61,931 bases of DNA from the NCBI RefSeq assembly GCF_001194135.2, contig NC_068985.1, forward strand, positions 62,800,673-62,862,603, read 5' to 3'. The stretch comes from Octopus bimaculoides. Its lineage: Eukaryota. Positions 23,031 to 33,919 of this stretch are shown here, piece after piece (position 1 is the first letter of the stretch; every line of letters begins with the position of its first letter). The notes under the pieces were generated by a model, which did not search any database, was not told the origin of the DNA, and saw only the letters and a program-made list of their open reading frames with translations. Position numbers and translations under genes: made by a program.

Positions 23031-23998
23031 CAGAAGTTAGACAAAATAATGGAAACACCTTAAAATTTCAAACAAATTTATTTTAATATGGAGTAGGACT
23101 GCCTTTGACAGTAATTACAGCTTGAATTCAACAAGGTACGGGCTCGTACAAAGTTTGAATTGTTTCCAAAGGAATTTTTGTTCATTCTTCAGCTAAAACA
23201 GTCTCCAGTTCTTGTAGTGATGATGGTGGACAATATTGACTCTGTCCGTGTTTTTCTAAAATGCACCATAAATGTTCAATAATACTGAAATCTGGGGACT
23301 GTGGTGGCCAGATAAGATGTTCAACTTCACTAGAATGTTCCTCGTGCCATTCAGTAACAACTTGAGCTGTATGAATTGGTGCATTATCATCCTGAAAGAT
23401 TGGGTTTCCCTCTGGAAACAGTTCTACAACCATAGAATGAATTTGATCAAATAAAAGGCCTGAATAGTCTTGACTATTAATTCTGCCATGAAGGGAAACC
23501 CTTGGGCCGGTGGATTTCCAAGATATAGCCCCCCCCCCCCCAGATTATCACAGATCCTCCTCCATGTTTAACAGTTGGAAGAAGGCAGTCTGATAAAATT
23601 CATCCTATGGTTGCGGAACTGTTTCCAGAGGGAAACGCAATCTTTCAGGATAATGCACTGATTCACACAGCCCAAGTTGTTACTGAATGGCACGAGGAAC
23701 ATTCTAATGAAATTGAACATCTTATCTGGCCACCACAGTCCCCAGATCTCAATATTATTGAGCATCTATGGTGCATTTCAGAAAAAATAAGGAGTCGATA
23801 TCCTCCACCATCATCACTACAAGAACTGGAGACTGTTTTAGCTGAAGAATGGACAAAAATTCCTTTGGAAACAATTCAAACTTTGTACGAGTACATACCT
23901 TGTAGAATTCAAGCTGTAATTATTGCCAAAGGCAGTCCTACCCCATATTAAATTTGTTTGAAATTTTAAGGTGTTTCCATTATTTTGTTGAACCCCTG
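23031..23998. mobile_element. Palindromic Tc1 derivative made of two 3' halves (DD36E spacing)
   Basis: TIR cag..gtt..acaaaataatggaaacacc at both ends, TA flanks; the same transposase C-terminus on - (23182-23433) and + (23607-23951). Confidence 0.85.
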
Positions 23999-24009
23999 TA
24001 TATATGCTT

Positions 24010-27000
24010 TTAAATGGTCCAGGTTGATATTTGTAGGCTCCATATTTGGGTTATCACTATTTCCAGATCTGTCGTTTTCTGAGACCTCTTCTGGGAAATG
24101 CTTATACCATTTTTTTTCCTGTTGTCATTCCATAGTGCTGACACAGCTTCCAGTTTACAGTGGAACATAAATAACTGATAACTCTGATTTAATACTTCGT
24201 AGCATAACCATTATTCAGTTTCATTTCAATCAATCTCTTCTTGTAGTTCTTAATCAATGACTCGCATGTTTCTTTAGGAATTTTTTCTCGTTCTTTTTGA
24301 CAAATTTTCTTCAAATCTAGAATGCACGTTGGGACTCTTGAATGAATTTTAATTTTCAAGTAACGCCACAAATTTTCAATGGGGTTCAAGTCAGTTGATT
24401 GGCTTGGCCATTCTAATAATTTTATATTATGATCGACAATCCATTTTTTGGTAGACTTCACCGTGTGCTTAGGGTTGTTATCCTGTTGTAAAACCCACCC
24501 TTCACAAAGCTGGAGCTTTTCTACAGAGTCCCATAAATTATTGTTCAAAATATTTTGGTACATCTCTGCATTCATTCTACCATCTATCACATGTAAATTG
24601 CCAGTGCCATTTGCAGAGAAACAGTCCAACACAATAATGTTGCCACCTCCAAACATTACAGTAGGAATTGTGTTTTTCGGCAAATAGGTGGTACCATCTT
24701 TCCTCCAAACATGGCTATGTGAATTTCGTCCAAACAATTCAATCTTTGACTCGTCTGTCCATAGAACATTTTCCCAGAATGTATCAGATTTATCTTTATG
24801 TTCATAAACCAATTTTAAATGGGCATCTCTATGCCTTTTAGTCAACAGCGGAGTTTTTTTAGGAGAGCATGACTTCAGTTCATTTCTATGAATTTCATTG
24901 CTGATTGTTCGTAGTGTAACACTAGTCCCTGAAGCTAACAAATCTTCTTGCAACTCCTTTCTGATGATCATTTGTTTTTTGTTTTTTTTTGATTCTTCAC
25001 TTCATTTTTCTTAAAGATCTAGGGGGAATCTTGCATGGTGCACCGGATCTTATTCTGTTTTCAACAGTTCCTGATTTTTTATATCCTTGAATAAATGAAG
25101 ATATGGTAGAAAATGGAATACAAAGGGTCTCTGATATTTTTCTGTAACTTTTACCTGCTTTCCACAATTCAATAATTAAGTTTTTCACTGAATTTGTGAG
25201 TTCTTTACTTTTCGCCATTATTACGACACTACTTTATGTTGTCTCAGTGCTGAATGAAGAAATTAGCGTTTTGACACTTAAAAATGACTACTGATAAGAT
25301 TATTGGAACAAACGAGAAAGTTCTAGTAAAAAAAAAATATTTTAACAGTACAAATACTATTTTCACCCCTAAATATCTATAATTGTATATAAATTCATTA
25401 GTTACTATAATTATTTAGTTTCTTTTGCATATTCTTAGTTTATGCATGTGTATGCAAATATAGTATTGGTATATCCCATTTATGTTCATTAGAAATTAAA
25501 TAAATAAAGAATTTTGACATGTACGAATATTTATTTCCCCCCACTGTATGTTATCTCTGGATATATTCCTTCTTAGTCAGGACTGGGCAGCCAGAGACAA
25601 TATGATTCATTGTTTCTTCCCATCACCACATATTCTGCAAATATTTGTTGTATTTTACTTCATTGTGTGCTTTTGGTGATTTTTGGCAGGAAAACTTTAA
25701 TCATGTACCCCAATAAAAAATCCTTCAGTTTCTGCTTTAAGTCCTGAGCTTCTCAACCAGTGTTTGGATTTTACTTTGTCTATTTCATTTCTGTTTAGCT
25801 TATCTCAGTACTTGTCATGTAAGGGCTTTTCTTGTCATTATTTTATCATGGTATTTTGTATGACCAGTTTTAGCTTGGATTTTGATTGCTTTACAGCTTT
25901 TGTTGTTTCTCCTTTTTCTTCATAGTTGTCTAGTATTATGACCTCTCTTGTATTTTTTGGCTTTCTTGAAGACCAAAAATAGATTTTTGTTTTGTTTGTG
26001 CTTAGTGGCTATTTGTACCAGTTTTTTTGGTTCTGAGTTAGATATTTCTGTAGTCCTATGGTGGATATTTTATAGTAATTTTCTAATTGTATAAGGCCTC
26101 TTCCACCTTCAATTCATTGTATTTATACCCGTTCTATGTCAGATTTTGGATGGTGTATTCTAAATTCCGTCATTATTTTTCCTGTTTTCCTGTCAAGTTT
26201 GGTTAGTTCATTATTAAGTGTATGATAACTGTAATTTATAACTGGGAAAGCTAGAGTATTGATACTTATTATCTTATTGTTCCAATTTAGCTTTTTATAA
26301 GTATTAATCTAACTCATCTATAATATTCCTTCCTTATCTTCTCATTCATTTGTGTGTGTTGTACTGTACAAGTTCATTGATTCCTAACTCTTTCCATGTC
26401 TGGGTTTATTCTAGTTTTCTTATTTCACTTTCTTTATCTAGTGTGATATTGTTATTCAAGGTTGCTTTAGTGCATTTTTCTACTCCAAATTTCATATTTA
26501 TTTCTTTGGTAAATCCATGTACTGTATTTAGTAATGTTTCCAATTGTTTACTATTTGCAGTGTACCGCTTGAGATCATCCATATATAAAAGATGGTTGAT
26601 TGTTTTACCATAGCAGTTGTATCCATATTCAGTTGTTTAGCATGTCAGTTAAAGGTGTCAGTATCAAGCAGAAAAAGAGTGGGAAGAGTGAGCCTCCTTG
26701 GAATATTCCTCTTCTGATGGGGATGGCATTAGTTTGTATGATTCCCTCTTCTGTCTGGAGCTGCAGCACTGTTTGTTAGTTATTCATGGCATATTTTATA
26801 TATTTTATTATTGTTGGTGCAACCTTATTCATGGTTAGTGTTTTCAGGGTCCTTGGGTGGAGAATAGTGTTAAAAGCCTTCTGGGAATCAATTCATGCCA
26901 TGCTTAAACCCTTCTTTTCTTTCAGCAGTTGTCAGTTATGGCTGTATTGGTCTTTACTGGCTTTACAGCCACATGAGCCTCAGCAGCATCTCTCCTGCTC

Positions 27001-27600
27001 TTCTAGGAACAGGTTGTTTTCTTCTAAATGTCTGCTCATTGTTTGCAATATTATTGCAGTTAAGGTTTTGTAAGTTGTAGGGAGACATGTTATGGGGTTG
27101 TAGCTTCATCAGGTTTTGAAACTAGGAAAGTTTTCTCTTGTGTGTGTCACTCAGGTGTTGTCTTTGGTTCCATTAGCATCTGATTGAACTGTTCTGCTAG
27201 CAACTTGTGTGTCCTAGTTAAATATTTTAGCCAGACATTAGGAATCTTGTTGTACCCTGGTGCTTTCCAGTTGTTTAATTTTTGCAATAACTGGGTTACC
27301 TTTTCCATTGTTATTGGTGTCCACACTTGTTCAGGTGCAGTGTTTATTGTTTTAATTGATGTTTTCTGGGTAGTTCCTTCGTTACCAAATTCTTCCATTT
27401 CTCCTGCTACTGTTACCGCCAGGTTCATGGTAGAATCATTTGTGGTTTGAGTTCAAGCCCTATTTTTTTTTTTTTGAAAGAATCATCAGTGTTTTTCATA
27501 TCAACAAATTCTTAGTGCTTTGGTGAGAATATCTTGCTTTAGATGTTCTTTTTGTCTCAGGTGTATCTTGTTTTGTTTTATTATTATTATTATTATTATT
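24010..27600 (-). mobile_element. R4/Dong-like LINE with RT, interrupted by a Tc1
   Basis: KLNNWKAPG, RRGIFQGGSL.P, NHLLYMDDLK; continues as WKLCQHYG..WYKH.PE past the Tc1; (TTA)n at 27580-27600. Confidence 0.85.
24158..25546 (-). mobile_element. Near-intact Tc1 transposon (DD34E)
   Basis: CAGTGG termini with TA TSDs (24156-57, 25547-48); HTH ORF 24997-25218 plus catalytic ORF 24189-24971 (WTDE, QQDN-34aa-E); stop and frameshift in an A-run near 24975-24999. Confidence 0.92.
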
Positions 27601-27769
27601 TTGTCCGTTTATCTATCAACATATATTGTACATTACTCCTGTAAATTTGTTCTTATTTCTGTTGTTACACAATTGAATGTGTGTCATTGTTTTACAGATA
27701 AACTAATCAGGGCTTTAAGAAGGTGGCTAGTTTTCTCCATATATAGCTCTTAGGGACTAAATTGGGGTT

Positions 27770-28900
27770 TGTTTAGAAATAGAAAGATGGTGGATGAGGA
27801 TTGTTCATCAGCTGAAAAGAAGAGCCAGCTATCTGCAGAACAGAATAGCAAAATTGTAAATCTCAGTGACAGTAATAGCTGTAACAAAAACAAGAGCAAC
27901 AACACAGCACAGGGAAAGTATGAAGCTAATTTTCCACTGCTAAAAATTTCAACACTGCCATCACCATTGAAAGAATAACAAAAGAGAACAATCACAACAA
28001 AAAGCAACTACAACACTAGTAAGAACACTGCCACCTCCACCACCACCACCACAAGTGGCAACAGCAAATCCACCACCACCAGAGACAACAGTAAATTCAC
28101 TACCACCACCACCAACAACAACATCACTACCACGATCAACACAAACGTTAATACAACAGAAATTGCAGCTGTTCTTATTTCTAACAAAATTGAAATAGTT
28201 TTGCACAAGCATGTCATTGAATGAAGAAAGTTGATACTTTGGAAAAAACCTTAAGTGACACCAAAGCACACTTAACAAAAAATGGAAGAACAATAATTCT
28301 AAACAAGCCAAAGGAAATGCAAGTAGATAGTAGGGAAAAAAGAAACTATTAACTACAAGTGTATTTCATAAAAAAACAGGAGACTGGAGTGATGCAGGCC
28401 CAGATTGAAAAATGTCTAAGATCAGCCTGGGCAATAAAAAATTATGTCACCCATGGAATACACTTTGGTACAGTTGAGGTGAGATTTCCAACTGAAGAAA
28501 GTGCAACAACAACTCTAGAAGAGAGTGGAATTGGGGTTAATTTCAGCATACTTGAGTCAGAGGGTTATGAAAATGAAGGTAGCAGAGTACCACCATAAGT
28601 GGACATCTCTTTGCTGGTGGTAGCCATATGGCATAGAGAATAAAACAGTAATTCTCCAAGTGTACAAAGTAGGAAAGGAAAATTGGTCTGCCACAGGAAT
28701 GAAATTATTGATCAGGACAGTATCGAAATCATTCCTAACATGATCAACCTCCCTAATGTCGTGCCCTGTTCCCATGTCGACACATGGTACACCCAGATCA
28801 TCCGTACCAAATGACCACTGCATGGCTAACTTTGTGTTTGTTTGACATGACATGACAAAAACCCCTCCAGTCACCCTACAATGGTCCATATCAAGTCATA
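27770..28900 (+). mobile_element. Decayed Gag/ORF1-like remnant (copy 1)
   Basis: HFGTVEVRF..KV..VPP.VDISLLVVA..ILQVYK..NW aligns by eye with copy 2 (YGTVKVYF..KVPLEIDLEWLVAA..IIQVER..NW); low-complexity T/N 5' part. Confidence 0.5.
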
Positions 28901-29419
28901 TATCCAGGAGATAAAACATTCCAACTCCTAATTGGTGGATGACAAGACACAGTCTCCATCTTGATATTGGCCCATCTTGATATTGACAGCCCTGTTCAGG
29001 TAGCCCAGCCACCAAATAGTGGCTGCCCTAGGCAGGTCACACCAACCCTTGACAAGGAACAGTCACCAAAGAATCGAGTAACCATACACATGGGCAGGAC
29101 AGTTAAAACACCTTCCCATTTCCAATGACAGTCAACAGGGGAGCTATATAGGGCAGGATTCATGACAGACGAACTGTAGACAGGAACTTTGCTGAGGGCT
29201 AGCTAGGAAGTTGGTCAGCAGCGAAAGGGACTTCCAGGGGGGAGAAGAAGAACAAAAGGATGTCAACAGTGAGTGTTAAAAGAATTTGAATGAACTAAAC
29301 AGAAATAACTGGCGACTGAAGCCCTGATGTATGTTAAGTAATAAACCTTTGATAAATGTATTCTTGTCTCCACTAGTTTGCTTGCGTAAAGCTTAACAAA
29401 GCTATAGCAGTAGAAATGA

Positions 29420-29642
29420 TAATAATATTGGTTTCAAATTCAGGCACAATGCCAGCAATTTCGGGGGAGGGGGCTAATCGATTTCATGGATCCCAGTGTT
29501 TAACTGGTACTTATTTTATTGAACCTGAAAGGACAAAAGGTAAAGTTGACCTCAGTGACATTTGAACTCAAAATGTAAAGCTGGAAGAAATGCCACTTAG
29601 CATTTTTTCTGGCACAACAATTCTGCCAGCTCACTGCCTTAG
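29420..29642 (-). mobile_element. SINE (Meta-like domain)
   Basis: Reverse complement of the 20058 family; acatttgaactcaaaa B-box-like head, (AAT)n tail. Confidence 0.8.
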
Positions 29643-29649
29643 GAACAAC

Positions 29650-30200
29650 AGTAATATTGATAATAATTACAACCCTAATGTTGACAGCCATAGCAGTAGT
29701 AGTAGCTATTGAATCATAAGCTATACTAATAGAGATGATTGTGGCAATTAAGCAGCCTACATTAACAGTCAGGATACTGTCAGTCAGTTGACTACTTCAA
29801 CCTCTAACTGTATTATCTCTATATAAATATATAGCAGTAATGACCATCCTAGTAGCAGCAATAGTGTCAGTGGTGGTTATAATGACATATACTTAAACCC
29901 TGAAAATGGTGAAATCAACTGCGATAGCATCCACAAAGATTCTAATATAAATTATGATTATGTGGCAGTTAATAATCCAGGTAACTGTATCACCATCACA
30001 ATGGAAGTGGTATTACTAATAATAACAACAACTCTGTTATCTCTTATGTAACCCTGGATAATAGAAGCAATTCTATTGAATCTAACAATAATTATCACTC
30101 TCAGTAATCCACAAATAACACTGATAGTATTAGAACCCACAAAACTCTTAAATTATGTAATTGTAAAACACACTTCTATACCCTCTCAATAAATTATGCC
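29650..30200 (+). mobile_element. S/N-rich low-complexity segment ending in LCNCK (possible Naiad linker remnant)
   Basis: Cryptic trinucleotide periodicity; ..TNNTDSIRTHKTLKLCNCKT resembles the Naiad CNC motif preceding the endonuclease. Confidence 0.35.
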
Positions 30201-31665
30201 TCAAACCTACATTAGCTCAACTTCTTGCAAATTTAAGCAATGATTTGTAGGCATCTAGCTTGACCCAACCTAGGATTTGAAACCAAATCCACCGGCTTGT
30301 TGCTTGTCAAAATGAGCGGGGGAAATCCTCTCCATACCAGATGATTGATGAGGAAACAATCGACCCTCTAGGACCTGTGCTGGTCAAGGAAAGGTCAGTC
30401 CTTTGTTTATGATTTGACTTACATTACTGACCATAGTGAATTTCCTATCTCTTCTTCTGATGTGTCAGTCAGACCAAGGAGCAACATGCTCTTTTACATC
30501 AGCCTTAACCAAGAGCAGCATTTCCCTTTGCCCTTCACTTGACATGTTAAAAGAGGCTTTCAGTCGCAAGAAAGGTGATGCCACCTTTATCCTTTCTATC
30601 TTTCTAGTCAGCACCATGCATTCCTTACTCTTTCACTCTCTACTGACAGACAACCTTTTTCTACACTATCAACTACTAACCAGTGAGCCGTCCTTGTTGT
30701 CACTATCACTAGAATTGCTACTGTCTCTTTAACTACCTGTTGGGCAAACAAATAAACATATGTAAATAATATTTCTTCCTTCTTGGTGTTGATCCTTCGA
30801 TGTTCACTGGTACTCCGACGTAAGAACCTTCAAGCATTACATCTACCCATTACAGTCAGTAGTTGGCTACATCATATCAAACTGATATGGCACATTACAT
30901 CCAGCCCACTACAGATTATATAATCATTCTTATACCTTTAATAAATGTAATAAAGCTAAAGTTACATCACACATGGAAAAAATTTGGTAATTAAAAGACA
31001 AAAAATTAGACCCCAAATTACGTAGAGCATAATAAAGTATTCATTACTCAATTCAAAGGATAGGTAAGGATGTAGGCTTAGTTGTGCTGAATTATGGGAA
31101 ATACTTAAATGTTCAAGTAATATTCTTAACAGATCTAGTGAACTGCAATTGAAATGCTCACACCACATTAGGAACACATTTTCATACTTTAAACTGGTTA
31201 TCTAATATGCTTTAAACTAGTTATCTAATATCTTTAACTTCTTAGCTTCTATTCAATCCTAGTTTAATATACCTGTCTCATACAAATATTATTTAAGCAA
31301 TATATAACATTGTGTGACTGGCCTCCATGCTGATTTGCAAACTGTTTGCATATCTGTTTGCAAACTTTATATTCAATAACTGGTGAAATATTTGATAGTC
31401 CGGTGTATGACATCGTAGCCCATATTCCTTTGTCTACACTTTATATATATTTTTTAAAGATGTTAAAGAATTTCATTGTCTTCTTATTTATTTGGATTAT
31501 ATATTTATTATCTGATATCTTTACATATTATATGTAAGTGTGTGTTTGTGTGTATATGCATGTATGTGTGTGTGCATATGTATGTGTATACATGCAGATG
31601 TATGTATGTATTTGTGTGTGTGTATATATATATATGTGTGTGTGTATGTATTTGTGTATATATAT

Positions 31666-32121
31666 AAAAATTAGAAATGATCTAATTATAAATCTCACAG
31701 AGAGAATTAAGCAGCAGTGTTATGATAAAGCAGTTGTATAATGTCAACTCAATGTGACAGTACCAATAAGGGAATCATACTGCTGCTATTTAGCCCTAGG
31801 AAGCAGGACCGCTTCCTGTCGGCCTTGACACATTTCTTGTGTCCTTATATTTGCGAGGGGGAGACAAGCACCCCCACCCAGCTCAGTGTGCATTCAGGGA
31901 CATGTTTCTGAGTCATTGCTCGTCTCCTCCTCGCAAATATAAAGACACAGGAAATGTGTCAAGGCCGTCAGGAAGCGGTCCAGTTTCCTAGGGCTAAATA
32001 GCAGCAGTATGATACCCTTATTGGGGCTGTCACATTGAGTTCACAGTATACAACTGCTTTATCATAACACTCCTGCTTAATTCTCTCTGTGAGATTTATA
32101 ATTAGATCATTTCTAATTTTT
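31666..32121. repeat. Long inverted repeat, 205-bp arms with 46-bp spacer
   Basis: 31666-31870 is the reverse complement of 31917-32121 with a few mismatches; arms derive from the hammerhead-element 3' end. Confidence 0.95.
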
Positions 32122-32385
32122 GTAATCAGTGAATGTGTTTTCACTAAAAATATATATATATTTGCGAGTGTTTGACATGCATTTTCAACCAGCCAGTGTT
32201 GCTACTTGAGCCGAGTTGAATAGTCATGTTTGTTTTGAGTTATGTTGTGATTTTGTGAACGGAGAACATAAGTTGATGAAAATGTTGAAAAATTGTTGAA
32301 GTTGCTGTTATTTAGTTTGAAGTTTTGAAATTACTGCTATTAATAATTGTTGAAGTATTGCTGTTGTTGTTCTATGAAGTTTGTA

Positions 32386-33775
32386 ATGATTACTAGTTAC
32401 GCGGCAGCGGCTGGCAGGTGTCGGCCGGCCAACGACATGGAGATGAAGGAAGTTAAAGTGGAAATTGCAAACATAAAGAAACACTTTAAGTTGTTAAAGA
32501 AGGAGGGGGACTGCCTGTGGGTTAGTCCTCCCAAAGAAGTGATGGAAAATGCTGAAAAAAGAATTATAACGTATAAGACATAACAGTAAAGAAAATTGAT
32601 ATAGCGGAAGTTGAAGCAGTAGAGAATTGCTTAAGCGGAATTAAGGAAGAAATAGTGTTCTACATGCGAGGAAAGAAATATGGAACTGTAAAGGTGTATT
32701 TTAAGAACAAAGCTGATGCAAAGAGGTATTCTTCCATACCTCTAAGAACAGAGAAGTGGGCTCTTTTGCCAGTATATTGCAGCAGAAGAGCCGCAAGGAT
32801 AAGAATCGGAAAAGTACCACTGGAAATAGATTTAGAATGGCTGGTGGCAGCAGTAATTTATAATTGCAAAGAAGAGGTGGAAATCATACAAGTGGAGAGG
32901 TCTAAAGAGATCAACTGGTGGGGTTTTGGGTGGAAATTCTAACCCATATAACCCTGCCTGACCTGCATAACGTCGCAGAGGAGTTGGTGGTCCCCGATGA
33001 GACCCGACTGAGGGGAGGCCACCCATATGCTATAGATGTGGAAGTAGGGGACACATACAGGTGATGTGTCCCCGTAGAGAGGTTCAAGTGGTAGAAACAG
33101 AGATCTGCGAAGATGAAATGGTAGAGGTCAAACAAGAAGAGGTAAAGGAAAAGCAGGAGGAGATTGTGGAGAGTGAGGAAAGTTTAGAAGGAACAGATAG
33201 AAAACGTATGCGGACTGAATCGCCGCCAAAAAAAAAAAGAGAGGGGGAAAGAAAAAGAAGACAGAGAACGAAAATGAAACTGAAAAAGACGAAACTGAGA
33301 ATCAAACCCAAGATACAGGGCATGAAAAAAATTTAACAAGAAGGGAGAAGTGGATAAATTGGTGGGAAACGATGATAAACCAGAAGGATATAACGAGGAT
33401 GGAAGGAAAGGTAGAATATAAAAATATCAGAACAGTGGATTTTTGCAACAAGAATTTAGAGTTGGAGAAGACGATTGCTAAAATAAAGGGATTAGTAAGA
33501 CTTAAACTGGAACCCGGAACGTTTGAAGAACAAGAAAAAGCTATAGTAGTGGAAGAACATATAATGAAGAGACTGCAACAAATACACCCGTATAATTTTA
33601 AAGCAAGTGGATTATATGTGGGTGACGACACCCTGCCAAATGTAGTAATGACAGAGGAGCTGAGACAACATATAATTATTGTAGATAAAAAATGACCATA
33701 AACTGTATAAGAGAACTGTTAAATGAAACTGCGAGTTTTGGGGGAGTTTTGAGTTGACAGTATACAACTGCTTTA
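32386..33775 (+). mobile_element. Gag/ORF1-only element with CCHC zinc knuckle, ending in (TA)n
   Basis: MITSYAAAAG start, RRM-like YGTVKVYF, CYRCGSRGHIQVMC (CX2CX4HX4C) at 33028-33069, E/K-rich tail, a few frameshifts; no ORF2 before (TA)n. Confidence 0.7.
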
Positions 33776-33919
33776 TATATATATATATATGTGTATGTAT
33801 TTGTGGTATGCATGTGTGTGTGTGTGTGAGTGTTCGTAGATATAAATATATGTATGGGTGCGAATATACACAAGTATATTGAATATATCTATGCTTTGTG
33901 TGCATTTATATATTTCTGT

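Noticed and set aside
29160-29190. CAGACGA..GAAC hammerhead-like relic after ORF1 copy 1
   Set aside because: Two core mismatches and no convincing helix I or III.
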